From Octopus sinensis (Eukaryota), in assembly GCF_006345805.1 (NCBI RefSeq), contig NC_043020.1, positions 17,794,001 through 17,858,000 on the forward strand: DNA of 64,000 nt. Reading direction: 5' to 3'. A program made the translations under genes and the position numbers. Shown here one piece after another: positions 23,639 to 36,900 of the stretch; position 1 is the stretch's first letter; every line of letters starts with the position of its first letter. The notes beneath the pieces are model-generated. The model saw only the letters and a program-made list of their open reading frames with translations. It did not search any database and was not told where the DNA came from.

Positions 23639-26038
23639 GTATGTATGTAGGCACAGGCATAGGTGTCTAGTTAGTAAGTTCACTTCCCAAACATATGGTC
23701 TTGAGTTTAGACCACTACATGGCATCTCCTACTATAGCCCTGGGCTGACCAAAACTGAACATTAGAATTTGGTAGAAGGAAATTGAAAGAAGCCATCATG
23801 TGTGTGCATGTATGTGTGCTTACATTGATGTTACTATGATGACAAATCTACATAAGTCAACCACTAGCAGCATTGTTATTACTTCTGTCACTCACTTTAT
23901 GCCATCGAAAAATGTGTAATAAAAGATATTTTCCTTGGAAGGTGGGTGAGGTTAAGTGACAGGAAAAGCATCCAGCTGCAGTGTAAAGGAATCAAGAACA
24001 GGTGAACAGAAAGCAGATGACAGGATGAATAAACAGTAAGAGGGTATGTAAAAGTGGAAAGTCAGCAATGTTCATACAGAACTTTAAGTTCAATGAAGCT
24101 TGCATGATACCAAACAGACCATCTCTACCTTAGTGGCTGAATTGTTGGAACGTTGTGATTTTCAGCTGGCACTAGAGATTATTGAAATAAATAATACTAT
24201 TCCTTATACAAAAGGTTTTTATATCAGAATGATCTTCTTCTAGAACAGTGTTGCTCATGATGTGTACATGTGGGTTCTGAGAACTAGAAAGTTGGGGGAA
24301 GCAAATTACCATGATTAATACAAAATAGAATAATGAAGATGCAAGCTTTTTCTTTCTCATGAATAAAGAATGTGATGGGCAAAATTGTTCACTAGCTTTT
24401 TTTGTGTGTGTGACAGAATCGGGGTTCTAGTATTTGTCAGCTTGAGATCAGCTGTCCAAGAAACAAGTTTTAAAAAAATGTAAGGACACCTCACCTCTAG
24501 CAGTGTTACAGTGCATCAGACCCCAGCCCAGAATTTCTAAGTACTCATGCTATACATGCAGGTATTATCATCATCATCATTTAATGTCCACTTTCCATGC
24601 TAGCATGGATTGGACAATTTTGAAATGAGGACTGGTGGACCAGATGGCTGCGTCAGACTCCAATCTGATCTGGCAGGGCTTCTACAGCTGGATGCCCTTC
24701 CTAACGCCACATATGCTGTCTGTCCACTCACAAGCAAAGAAGACTATCATTGGTCATTATTCATGCAAAATGCCAGCAATGCCCATGCATGAGGTTATTG
24801 CACCAGCAGTCAGCTTCACCCAGGTTTGTGTCAGCAATTTCCACAGTCGCTGTGGCACTGGATGGTTGCTGACTCAACCAGGCATCTGATAGTTGTCTCA
24901 GTGGGGATTGCACATCCTACAATTTTAGGTCCAATAAGATTTGCACTGCACTTCACAGACCCTCCTCACACTACCGACATGATACAGAGACAAAGCAGGA
25001 CAAAAACATCCAGTGCCAATATGGATTGCAGGCTCAAGATTGTGGGAGTGCCATGATTTTAAGCACAAGCAAAAGATCCCCAAAATGTTCAACACCATTC
25101 CCTGCATATCTGGTTTTGTATCAGAGTGACTTATCCAAGAGACATACTTTAGCAAAAGCTAAGCAGTGCCTCCTCTCAAAGGTCTTTCAACAGGTCAGAC
25201 ACCAACCTGGAGTTCCTGAGTGTCCGTCTATTGCTAGATACTTGGTGAACCTACACAAAGTTCATCCGTCCCTTTGACAGGTCTTGTTTTTAGTCCTGCT
25301 GGGTTTTTAGGAACCCTCTCACCAGACAAGCTTTGTGTTGAGGCGGATCTGGTTTAGTCACCGACGACGGGCCGTGCAACAGGTTCTACTGGATTCTATG
25401 TTACCAGTAACACTCATGAGGGTAACCAGACACAAGTAACCTAACACAGACGTACCTATGTACTTATACACGTACCCAAGTATGTACCTACACAAGTGCG
25501 CGTGTACTTGTGTACGTATATAATATATGCATAATACATACATATAACGATAGACAGCGTTTAAATGTGCATTGTAATTATAGATAAGCTGATAATGTAA
25601 ACAGTTCTATCTCATTCCTTGAAAAATAAGAAAAACGGGTCAAGGGACAAATTTTAGACGGTGAATTAGCAGAATCGGTAGAGCATTGGGTAATATGTCT
25701 TGTGGTATTTACTTAAGAGCTTTTACATTCTGATTTTAAATCCCACTGGCGGTCAACTTAACATTTCGTTTTTTTAGTGGGATTGATAGAAGAGAATATC
25801 AGTCAAATTATTAGTGTCGGTTGCGCTAGTACATTCTAGTGGATCATGAAATTATAATGAAAAATGATACAGAACAGCTTTACAAAAAGCAAAAAGAACT
25901 GAGAAAAGGGAAAAAGGATCCAGATAAGAGTTGGCGGTGAAATGATAAAGTTGAGAAAGACTAAACCAAAAGAGATTTTTACAAATTTACTCTATTTATT
26001 CAAGGGAGATAAATCTAAGTGTCAACTTGCGACGAAGG

Positions 26039-26046
26039 TATATAAG
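26039..26046 (+). promoter_or_regulatory. Possible TATA box for TDP2
   Basis: TATATAAG about 90 nt upstream of the ATG. Positional inference only. Confidence 0.25.
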
Positions 26047-26136
26047 TTAGTGAAACAACAAATCCTGTCGGTCTTTTCTCTTTTAATCTGAACTATTAGC
26101 GCAAACCATAGTAAATTAAAAGCAGTTTCTCCAACA

Positions 26137-26280
26137 ATGTCAGACTCCAGTGAAGAAGATGAAAGCCAGCTTCCCAGTGGAGCTGAATGTAAAGAGAGAT
26201 GTGATGAATTTGTCAAGTTAACGGGGACCGACTCTGCTATGGCTATGTTCTATTTGCAGAACTGTTCCTGGGATTTGCAG
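26137..26280 (+). CDS. TDP2: TDP2 exon 1 (UBA-like domain)
   Basis: ATG with A at -3. MSDSSEEDESQLPSGAECKERCDEFVKLTGTDSAMAMFYLQNCSWDLQ resembles the TDP2 UBA-like helix. Ends at a phase-0 donor CAG|GTAAGT. Confidence 0.9.
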
Positions 26281-27289
26281 GTAAGTGGTGGGTATATTAT
26301 TATTATTGTCGTTGTTGTTACTGTGAGATACTTAAAACCACTTGTTTATTGCTGTGCCATTGTCTTTAAAAGGAAATTTTAAGACCAACACTTTCTCTTT
26401 TGCTATTGTTGTTTAAAAAATACAACGGAAATCTCTAACCATCCAACGAAGTTTGTTGTTCTGAACGCGCCACAAAGCACGTGCGTTATTTAAATGAACT
26501 GTCAGATAAAATGAAAATGTAAAGAATACTTTGACTCGAGACAAAATTGGTAACACCAAGATTAACTATCTCTTAAATATTATTGCACTGTTTAGAGAAC
26601 TTTTTTTAGAGACTTACAAGTGCGTATCCTATTATAGTGAGATATTTAAACCCACTTGTTTGTTATTCCGCTGTTAGCTTAACTCATTAATGCCCGATAA
26701 ATAATACGGAAAACTTTACCAAAGAAAAATAGTTTTAAAAATCTAGCCGCGCTACCTTTCAAAACCTACACTAATATAGACTTTAACAATTTCTCTGGCA
26801 ATATTTGTCAACTTTGACCTTATAATTTCATTCAACATCTTGCTGCGAACTTTTCTTTCAGTAGTCATTCTGATCTGGTCGAGTGAGTTTTATAGACGGT
26901 ATGTTTATGTTCTACATTTTTAGTGACATAGAATCCCAAATTTTAATTAATATTTTTTATTCACTGACTCACGTCTTTTAATTTTAAATGATATTTCAAC
27001 CAAAAATATTTTGAATGTTTTAATTTATCAAGTATTTTCCCCTTAAATATGATACGCTGAGGATCGGAGTGTTCATTTCGGAATATTATAGAATTCATAT
27101 TTCACTTACAGGTGCATTTATTTTTTGCTCTTTTTTTTTTTTACTTTATTTATTGTTTTACTGTTAAATATATTTAATGGTCTATTACTTGTTTGCAAAA
27201 TAAATACATTTTTACATTTAGTTCTAAAAAGTTTATAATTGCATCGTTTCATTTTCAAGAGAGATCTTGATGTCGAGAGGGCCGCTGAA

Positions 27290-27958
27290 GAAATACTGAA
27301 CATTATCGAAGCCAGTGAGCATTCCGAATTATTCGTAACTGAAACTGACGATGCACAAGAACTTGAATTTGTTTTGCATGCTCCAAATGATAGTCAAGAT
27401 TCAGATAATGATGATGCTGGCAGTAATTGCAAAGAGGCTTCAGCAAATCTTAGAGATATTGGTTGTGGTGTGCTTTCACAAAGCGCAGAAATTCGAATGC
27501 GAAATCAAGATTATAAAGAGTTCTTGGTACTAGTCGCGTAGACTGGACCTGGTACGCGCATCCGCGCGAGCCAGTCGTAGGTAGTCGATCCTACAGCGAC
27601 TTGCGTATGCAAATGAGCTGATTGGCGCAACACTGCAAAAACTAAGTTTAGGAAACTGAAGCTTAGGAAATATTTTTCAACGATATACGGTGTATATTAT
27701 TTTAAAGACAATTGCGTTTTTTTCTCGTTACAAAACAATTAGAAGCATTGAAAAACATTTTTTTTTTCAAAGTAGACCACTACAGGCGACAATTCACTTG
27801 TGTTTCCTTTGAATAGCTACGGCAAACTGCAGCATGAAAATTCAAAAAAAATTTTTTTAAATTGGCTTAACCCCTCCACAACAAGGTAATTTTACTGTAG
27901 GCTTCAACAGGAAAATCAGTTCCTGGTGACAAACCAACAACAAGGTGGGGTCAGAATT
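27290..27958 (+). repeat. Direct duplication block, second copy at 29881-30521; the first 250 bp may be a piggyBac PGBD-like N-terminal remnant
   Basis: Near-identical sequence in both copies (EILNIIEAS...DSD.DDAGS...RDIGCGVLSQSAEIR, then TGGACCTGGTACGCGCATCC...GGGGTCAGAATTT). The PGBD resemblance is from memory of acidic DSD..D...L...AE motifs and is weak. Confidence 0.75.
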
Positions 27959-29877
27959 TGGTTAATATAGGGCGTAACAAATATCAGAAAATCAAAAAAA
28001 AAATGTGTGTAATAGGTGTAAAACAACTTCCTATGAACGAATATGAAAAAAAAAATTCGCGCACGCGAAAGGGGGGTGGGGGAGAGGCCTCGGAAAATTC
28101 ACATCGGGAAGTTCCGAAAGCGTCTGAGGGGCTGACCCGGGCACCAAAACAAAAAAAAAATAGTGTAATATGTGTAAAACAACTTGCTCTAAACGAATAT
28201 GACAAAAAAAAATGCGCTCTCGCGAAAGAGGGGTGGGGGAGAGGCCTCGGAATATTTATATCGGGAATTTCCGAAAGCGTCTGAACCGGCACAAAAACAA
28301 AAACAGCGTAATAGGTGTAAAACAACTTGCTCTAAACGACTATCATGAAAAAAATGCGCGCTCGCGAAAGGGGGGTGGGGGAGAGGCTTCGGAAATTTCA
28401 CATCTTCAGTCCACGGCCTTTAAACTAAGAAAAAATAGTGTAATTGGTGTAAAACTACTTGTTCTAAACGAGTATCAAGAACACACACTCACACATGAAT
28501 CATAAACTCCGTATTTCGCAAAAAAAAAAAAATAAAGAGAAGAAATTCTGGAAAAAGTGAAGAAATGTTGGATCTCCGCCATGTGAATTAAAATACGTGT
28601 CAGAAACATCTTGAAATACTACAGAAATTATGTTACGAAAATGATAATGTATACATACCTCTTTGAGTGGTCCATCGATAATGATGATAAAGAAATGAGT
28701 TGGATTTGAACTCAGAATATTGACTAACACAACTACATACTACAAGACTCAAAATATTCAGCCAAGTCACCACCCTTTAACTAGCAATAATAATAACATC
28801 AATAACATAACAGCCAAAAGATTTATTTGTTCTGAAAATAACAATCATAGTAAATAAATATGTTCTTTAATATTCACATTCATGTGCACAGTTAAACACA
28901 CTTACATACAAACAGTCACGCATGCATAATACAGAACGGAACACATAAATGAAGGATGCATTACTTAGTATATATTACATCTAGAGAATTTTGATTAATA
29001 AGTCAAATATGCAAATTATAAAGATAATTAATTGCTTTACTAAACAGTGTTGTAAAGGTGAAAGAATAAATTTGGGAAAAAAATACACGCCAAAACTAAT
29101 TAATAAAGGATAATTAGGGAAGGATTGACACAAAATAATAATTTTTTCTGTCTCTTTTTTTCTGATAAATGCATCTTAATAAGTGAAAAGAATTGCATAT
29201 ATCTGAACTATTTCAAAGAAAAGCATAAATTTAATGTTTAAAATAGCTTTAACCAAGGAATGAGATCCAACATTTCTTCACTTTTTCCAGAATTTCTTCT
29301 CTTTATTTTTTTTTTTGCGAAATACGGAGTTTATGATTCATGTGTGAGTGTGTGTTCTTGATACTCATTTAGAACAAGTAGTTTTACACCAATTACACTA
29401 TTTTTTCTTAGTTTAAAGGCCGTGGACTGAAGATGTGAAATTTCCGAAGCCTCTCCCCCACCCCCCTTTCGCGAGCGCGCATTTTTTTCATGATAGTCGT
29501 TTAGAGCAAGTTGTTTTACACCTATTACGCTGTTTTTGATTTTGTGCCCGGTTCAGACGCTTTCGGAAATTCCCGATATAATATTCCGAGGCCTCTCCCC
29601 CACCCCTCTTTCGCGAGAGCGCATTTTTTTTTGTCATATTCGTTTAGAGCAAGTTGTTTTACACATATTACACTATTTTTTTTTTGTTTTGGTGCCCGGG
29701 TCAGCTCCTCAGACGCTTTCGGAACTTCCCGATGTGAATTTTCCGAGGCCTCTCCCCCACCCCCTTTCGCGTGCGCGAATTTTTTTTTTTCATATTCGTT
29801 CATAGGAAGTTGTTTTACACCTATTACACACATTTTTTTTTTGATTTTCTGATATTTGTTATGCCCTATATTAACCA
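27959..29877. repeat. Large inverted repeat (foldback-like): arms of about 618 bp around a 685-bp spacer
   Basis: 27959-28576 is the near reverse complement of 29262-29877. Each arm has three internal repeats of about 150 bp containing CGCGAAAG(G)GGGTGGGGGAGAGGC. Confidence 0.9.
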
Positions 29878-30135
29878 TACCGAAATACTGAACATTATCG
29901 AAGCAAGTGAGCTTTCCGAATTATTCGTAACTGAAACTGACGATGCACAAGAACTTGGATTTGTTTTGCATGCTCCAAATGATAGTCAAGATTCAGATAA
30001 AGATGATGCAGGCAGTGATTGCAAAGAGGCTTCAGCTAATCTTAGAGATATTGGTTGTGGTGTGCTTTCACAAAGCGCAGAAATTCGAATGCGAAATCAA
30101 GATTATAAAGAGTTCTTGGTACTAGTTGCGTAGAC

Positions 30136-31329
30136 TGGACCCGGTACGCGCATCCGCGCAAGCCAGTCGTAGGTAGTCGATCCTACAGCGACTTGCGTAT
30201 GCAAATGAGCTGATTGGCGCAGCACTGCAAAAACTAAGTTAATAGCGAGCTCCTACTGGAGCTTAGGAAATATTTTTCAACGATATACGGTGTATATTAT
30301 TTTAAAGACAATTGCGTTTTTTTCTCGTTACAAAACAATTAGAAGCATTGAAAAACACTTTTTTTTTCAATTCACTTGTTTACTTTGATATTGCAGCATG
30401 AAAATTCAAAAAAAAATTTTAAAAAATTGGCTTAACCCCTCCCCAACAAGGTAATTTTACTGTAGGCTTCAACAGGAAAATCGGTTACTGGTGACAAGCC
30501 AACAACGTGGGGTCAGAATTTAGTTGCCTCGTATGAAATGGTTCACTGCGTTAACTTATGAGGCTCCTGTCAACGACCAAGTCTCTTCAATGTAAACTTA
30601 TAGTAACCAAATTTCCCCCACGTAGAAATAAAACATTTCTATGAAGTGAAGGGTTACATTACGTCTGGTTAAAAATAAACTCCTTTGATCAGGTCTGCAC
30701 GACCAGGGCAGTCTTGGGACTGGGAACTGTTCAGCTGTAGTTAAAGACGAGAGTTCAATTGGGTCTTTGGAGAAACTGAAAACAAGGAGCAAACACAGAC
30801 CTTGTACAACTTCGGTCAAGAGATATCTTCCACCGAGCTGTTAGAAATAGCAGCCGAATTATTTTTTAAAGTCAAACTGAACAATGCAGTATTGGATTTA
30901 CAACAAAGCGGGATGGCCACGACCAAAATGTCTAATAGTTTAGGGTTGGTCAGGGGTGAAATTCCAGTTGAAAGAGAACGAGCATAGCTGAATGGTTAAC
31001 GAAGTTTGCCGTAGCTATTCAAAGTAAACACAAGTGAATTGTCGCCTGTAGTGGTCTACTTTGAAAAAAAAAATGTTTGACTGTCCTTAAGGTTGTTTTG
31101 CTTTTTTTTTTTTCAATGCTTCTAATTGTTTTGTAATGAAAAAAAAAAACGCAATTGTCTTTAAAATAATATACACCGTATATCGTTGGAAAATATTTCC
31201 TAAGCTTCAGTAGGGGCTCGCTATTAACTTAGTTTTTGCAGTGTTGCACCAATCAGCTCATTTGCATACGCAAGTCGCTGTAGGGTCGACTACCTACGAC
31301 TGGCTTGCGCATGTGCGCGCACCGGGTCC
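30136..31329. mobile_element. MITE-like element with about 300-bp inverted ends
   Basis: 31008-31329 is the reverse complement of 27544-27830 and 30136-30400 (TGGACCCGGTACGCGCA... versus ...TGCGCGCACCGGGTCCA). No TSD seen. Confidence 0.5.
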
Positions 31330-34067
31330 AATAGTGAGTTAATTGAACTTTCTGATAGTTTTCGCGTGATTAAAGTATAGAAGTGCTCCGAAAATTTCGC
31401 TACATGGGCTCCTAAAGCATTAAAAAAAAAATTCCCAAACATTTCAGTACCAGGTGAACGAATTAGAACCTGCAGTTGTAAGGAACATAAGGAAAAATGA
31501 AGGTAAGCCTTGAGGGAATAATGGGACACATATGCAAAGAAACAGTTGTATCCCAAAAAGGAGCTATGCAATTTATTTTGTTGAAGATCTTTACAAATAT
31601 CTTGGAATCCTTTTATTGTCAGAAGTATGTGTTGGGGGGAGTAGAAATAAATTTGAAAAGATTTACCGATAGATACACTTTAATGACAGCCTGACAATCC
31701 ATCCTTGTGACAATGAACTGAGATATTTTGCGATTTGCTTGGTTGGAGAAGATTTGCTCAGCTAAATCAGACTATACAGGTTTGTTCTTTACCTCTATAC
31801 TCCCTACACACCTCCGCACATACAATATGTCCCTTCCCATCATCCCCCTCAACAACCCATCTTCCAATGCCTTCTTCCCCAACCCATGGGGAAAAGGGCT
31901 GCATGCCATCCCTCCATTTTCCCTCACATTCCTATCCACACACAATCACCCTCAATGCCCTCACATATCAACCATAGACCCTCAACACCCTGAGCAACTC
32001 CTATCACTTGCTACAGTCACCTCTGCCCCATCTCTAACCATCACTACCTTATGAAACATCACCCAGTCTATCCCTTCCAATCCAATCCAATCCTCTGTAC
32101 CACTTATACTCACCCACCTTGTAAGTATATCTTGCATCTCCACTATAAGCCCTCTCTCTCTCTCTCTGCCTATCTTCCTTTCTGGCTTTGTCCTTTTCTC
32201 TCCTTTCTTTTCCAACTGAGGTAGCCAAATATCTCCTATAGCAAGACACTTATTTCTATCCCTCTGTCGTACTTTTTCTCAACTGATACAAATCCACCTC
32301 CCTCAGTCAGGAGTTTTGTCTTAGTTTCCACAGCTTGATGCCCTTCCTAATGCCAACCACTTTACAGAGCGTTATGGGTGCTTTTCTTTTCTTTTGCACC
32401 AGCACCAGTGTGGTTACCAAGTAACTTCCCAGAAAAGAAAAAGTCCCCTCGACTGGGGAGGAGTTGTATTGACAGAAGTCCCAGTTGATGAGAGATTAAA
32501 AGAATAGGAAAAGGGTAGAGATTGATGTGTTGCTGTTGAAAAGATACTCTCCTCCGGTAGGAGGAGAATGAGAGAGATGATAGTGGGTATGTGTCATACC
32601 CTCAAGGTAGAGTAAGGGGTGGATGAAGCCGAGGTCGACTTAGCCTTTTATCCTTTCGTGGGTCGAGTAAATAAGTACCAGTTACAAATGGGGTGGTCAA
32701 TGTACTCGACTTAATCCCTTTGTTTGTCCCCTCTATGTTTAGCCTCTTGTGGGCAATAAAGAAATAAGGGGTGGATGAAGAGAGGATTGGACTGGGTAAG
32801 TGGGTAGAAAAGACATAATGTGAGGAGAGATGGTAAGAAATATATAACTGGTACTCCATCGGTTATGACAACAAGGGTCCCAGCTGATCTGATCAACGGA
32901 ACAGCCTGCTCGTGAAGTAAATGTGCAAGTGGCTGAGTACACCACAGACACATGTACCTTTAATGTAATTCTCAGGGAGATTCAGCATGACACAGAATGT
33001 GACAAGGCTGGCCCTTTGAAATACAGGTACAACTCATTTTTGCCTGCTGGTGCAATGTGAAATAAAGTGTCTTGCTCAAGGATACAATGTGTTGCCAGGA
33101 ATCGAACTCACAAATTTTGTGATCATGCCCTAAATACCCTAACCACTAAGCCATGCACCTAAGAGATATAGGAGTGGTTATATGTATGGTGGGCTTCCAC
33201 ACAGTTTCTGTCTACCATATTTATTCAAAATTCACCGGTTGATCTGGGGTTTTAGTAAAAGACTCTTACCCAAGAGTTCTATGCAGTGGGGCTGAACCCA
33301 AAACCACATGGTTGCAGAACAAGCTTCTTAACCACCTACACAGCCTTGTATGTTTCTCAGAAGGTCAGATATCTCAAAGCACCTTACCCTCTTGAGATTT
33401 TGTTATCTGTGAATCCCAGCCCCTCACCAGTTTTCTCCCCAAGTCCTTTTTCTCTCTTCCATTCGCCGATGACACAGCAAAATGTTTTTCACTCAGTATT
33501 TGCCATTCATTTACATTACATACCCCCTACCAACCTAATAAACAAAATGTATTTTTGCGTTTGTCCCCTGCATCTGCTTCATGATTTGTGTTGGTTTGTT
33601 TACATCCAGTGACTCAGTAGTTCAGCAAAAACCATCCAGGCTTAAAAAAAGAAAAAAAAATGAATCTGAGTTTGGCCTCAAGGCAGTGCCCCACCATGGA
33701 CACTTTCCAAGGACTGAAACAAGTTAAAGATAGATAAAAACCTTTGTTGCTCATCTACTAATTTGGCTCAGTTGTGCCCCAGATGTCATGTAGGCTCACA
33801 TTTATAAGTCATTTCAGTATGAACAGTCTGTAACAGATCTTTTTTAGGGTTAGGGTTATCCAAAAGAGAGGCAAAGGCTGATACAGCTTAGCACCAGTGA
33901 CATCACAACTCATGAACTGGAGCAATGTGAAATGAAGTGTCTTGCTCAAGAACACAACACAAAGCCCAGTTCAGGAATCAAACTCACTCCCTCATGATCG
34001 TGAGCCCAACGCTCTAACCACTGAGCCATGTACAGTCATATAACTGTGTGTGTGTGTGTATCATCAT

Positions 34068-34565
34068 CATCATTTAGCATCCGCTTTCCATGCTGGCATG
34101 GGTTGGACGGTTCAACTGGGGTCTGGGAAGCCAGAAGGCTGCACCAGGCCCAGTCTAATCTGGCAATGTTTCTACGCCTGGATGCCCTTCCTAACGCCAA
34201 CCACTCCGTGAGTGTAGTGGGTGCTTTTTACGTGCCACCGGCACAGGTGCCAGACGGGGCTGGCAAACGGCCACGGTTGGATGATGCTTTTTACGTGCCA
34301 CCGGCACAGGGGCCAGCCGGGGCTGGCAAACGGCCATGGTTAGATGATGCTTTTTATGTGCCACCGGCACAGGGGCCAGGCGAGGCTGGCAAATGGCCAC
34401 GGTCAGATGGTGCTTTTTACGTGCCACCGGCACGGGGTCCAGGCGGGGCTGGCAAACGGCCACGGTTAGATGATGCTTTTTACGTGCCACCGGCACGGGG
34501 GCCAGGCGAGGCTGGTATTTGTGTGCATATATATACATCATCACCATCGTTTAACGTCCATTTTC
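34068..34565 (-). mobile_element. RTE-type LINE 3' end with 63-bp tandem repeat (about 4.5 units)
   Basis: GCTTTTTA(C/T)GTGCCACCGGCAC recurs at 34223, 34286, 34349, 34412 and 34475; (CAT)n tail. Confidence 0.8.
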
Positions 34566-34882
34566 CATGCTGACCCTTTCTCTGTCCCTTCTCTGTTTGG
34601 CTGCTTTGCATTTCTTTCAGCCATCTTACAGTCTACAATTTTTCTTCTCTTTGTATTTTTTAATGAAGAATCGGTTTTCACCTTTTACCTGTTTCAGTCA
34701 TTGGATGTAGCCATGCTGGGGCACTGCCTTGAAGGGTTTAGTCAAACGAATATCAACCCTAGTACGTAGTTTGTTTGTTGTTTTTTTTTTTTTTAAATCT
34801 GATCTGTTTTTTGTATCAGTCTCATTTACTGACTTAGGAGGACATGAACAAACCAATTGTCAAGTGGTGAGACTGCCAGACA

Positions 34883-35165
34883 CAAATACACACACACACA
34901 CAAATACACACACACACACAATACACACACACACACACACACAAATACACACACACACACACACAAATACACACACACACACACACAAATACACACAGAC
35001 ACACACATGCACAAATGCACACACATGCACAAATACACACACACACACACACAAATACACACAGACACACATGCACAAATGCACACACATGCACAAATAC
35101 ACACACACACGCAAATACACACACATACACACATACACAAATGCACACACATACACAAATGTGTG
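34883..35165. repeat. Compound (CA)n / ACACAAAT microsatellite
   Basis: Read directly from the sequence. Confidence 0.95.
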
Positions 35166-36299
35166 TGTATGTATATATAGGCGCAGCTGTGGCTGTGTGG
35201 TAAGAAGCTTGCTTCCCGACCATATGGTTTTAGGTTCAGTCCCACTGTATGGCACCTTCAGCGTCTTCTACCATAACCTCTGAACTCTGAGCCTAAAGTT
35301 GGACGAGATGCCACTAAGCATTCTGCCAGCTCACTACTTTTCATTTCAGAAATATTATAAGAGTGCATCTATATGTCTGGACAACAGCTGATAGTACTAA
35401 GTGTTGTTTCTGTTTGTTTAACGGTTAAACGGCAGAGGGTAGTTATACAAAACTACAGCAGTTGTTGCTCGAATATCTAATAGACCAGGTGTCTTGTATG
35501 TAAAGCTACGTTTAAATATGTAGTCTGTTATCTTACATATAAACATCTGGTATTAATATTTATGTATCAATATTTACCAATTTTGAGGCAGAGAGCTGGC
35601 AGAACAGTTGGCGCATTGGGAAAAATGCTCAGCAGCGTTTTGTTGGTCCTTGTGTTTTGAGTTCAAATGCCGCCAGGTTGGACTTTGCCTTTCATCCTTT
35701 CAAGGTTGATAAAATAATTACCAGTCGAGCACTGGAGTCGATCTAATCGACTTAGCCTCTCTCTCTCTCCCTCAAAATTACTGGCCTTGTGCCAGAATTC
35801 GAAATCAACTTTTACCAATCTTAAGGCAGCAAGCTGGCAGAATCATTAACACGCCGGGCAAAATGTGTAACCGTATTTCGTCTGTCTTTACGTTCTGAGT
35901 TCAAATTCCGCCGAGGTCGACTTTGCCTTTCATCCTTTCGGGGTCGATAAATTAAGTACCAGTTACGCACTGGGGTCAATGTAATCGACTTAATCCGTTT
36001 GTCTGTCCTTGTTTGTCCCCTCTCTGTTTAGCCCCTTGTGGGCAATAAAGAAATAAGAATCATTAGCACACCGGGCAAAATGCTTAGTAGCATTTTGTCC
36101 ATCCTTATATGTTCTGAGTTCAGATTCCTCCAAGATCAACTTTGCTTTTCAGATTCAATAAAATAAGTAGCAGTTGAACACTGGGATTGATCCAATCAGC
36201 TTACCCCCTCCCCCGAAATTGCTGGCCTTGTGCTGAAATTTGAAATCAATATTTACTAATCATTTTTACATATATATTATAGTTGCACATAGAAGAAGT

Positions 36300-36900
36300 C
36301 CTGGAAATTAAGTGGACTGCTTATTAGGGAGGAAGAGAGTCTCAATGAAACTAAAGGGAAGGGTGTATACTGCATGCGTGAATATTGTTAGGCCAGCACC
36401 GCCTTGGCTGGCTTCCGTGTCGGTGGCACGTTAAAAGCACCAACCGATCGTGGCCGATGCCAGACTCCCCTGGCACCTGTGCAGGTGGCACGTAAAAAGC
36501 ACCCACTACACTCGCGGAGTGGTTGGCGTTAGGAAGGGCATCCAGCTGTAGAAACACTGCCAGATCAGACTGGAGCCTGGTGCAGCCCCTGGCTTCCCAG
36601 ACCCCGGTCGAACCGTCCAACCCGTGCTAGCGCAGAAAACGGACGTTAAACGATGATGATGATGACTTCGGGGATGGATAATGAACGTGGAGTAGCAGAG
36701 GAGACAAGAAAGGTTCATTGCATGAGCAGCATATCACTGAGAGAGGAAAACAAACAATGAAATCACAAGAAAGTAATAATAACAGAGCTAGAGATAGATA
36801 TAAAGAGAAAAGGGATGAGTTGGCTGAGTCATGTTCTGAGGACGGCAGCAGAGGTGGTGGGTCTGATAAAGACAGTTCAAGGAGATGTTCTAAAAGTAAT
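36300..36900 (+). mobile_element. Degenerate RTE ORF fragment interrupted by an RTE 3'-end insertion (36390-36665)
   Basis: KLKGRVYTACV before the insert and SWLSHVLR after it match the RTE C-terminal motifs LKGxVYxxCV and RWLGHVLR. The insert ends in (GAT)n. Confidence 0.55.

Noticed and set aside
24900-25440. Possible LINE endonuclease remnant or HDV-like ribozyme on the minus strand upstream of TDP2
   Set aside because: Only a faint NRRTLRNSRLVSDLLKDL resemblance with many stops, and I could not build the HDV double pseudoknot.
27958-29878. Mirror-image ORFs of 90-120 aa in the inverted arms
   Set aside because: They are products of low-complexity A/T runs and the inverted duplication, with no recognisable domain.
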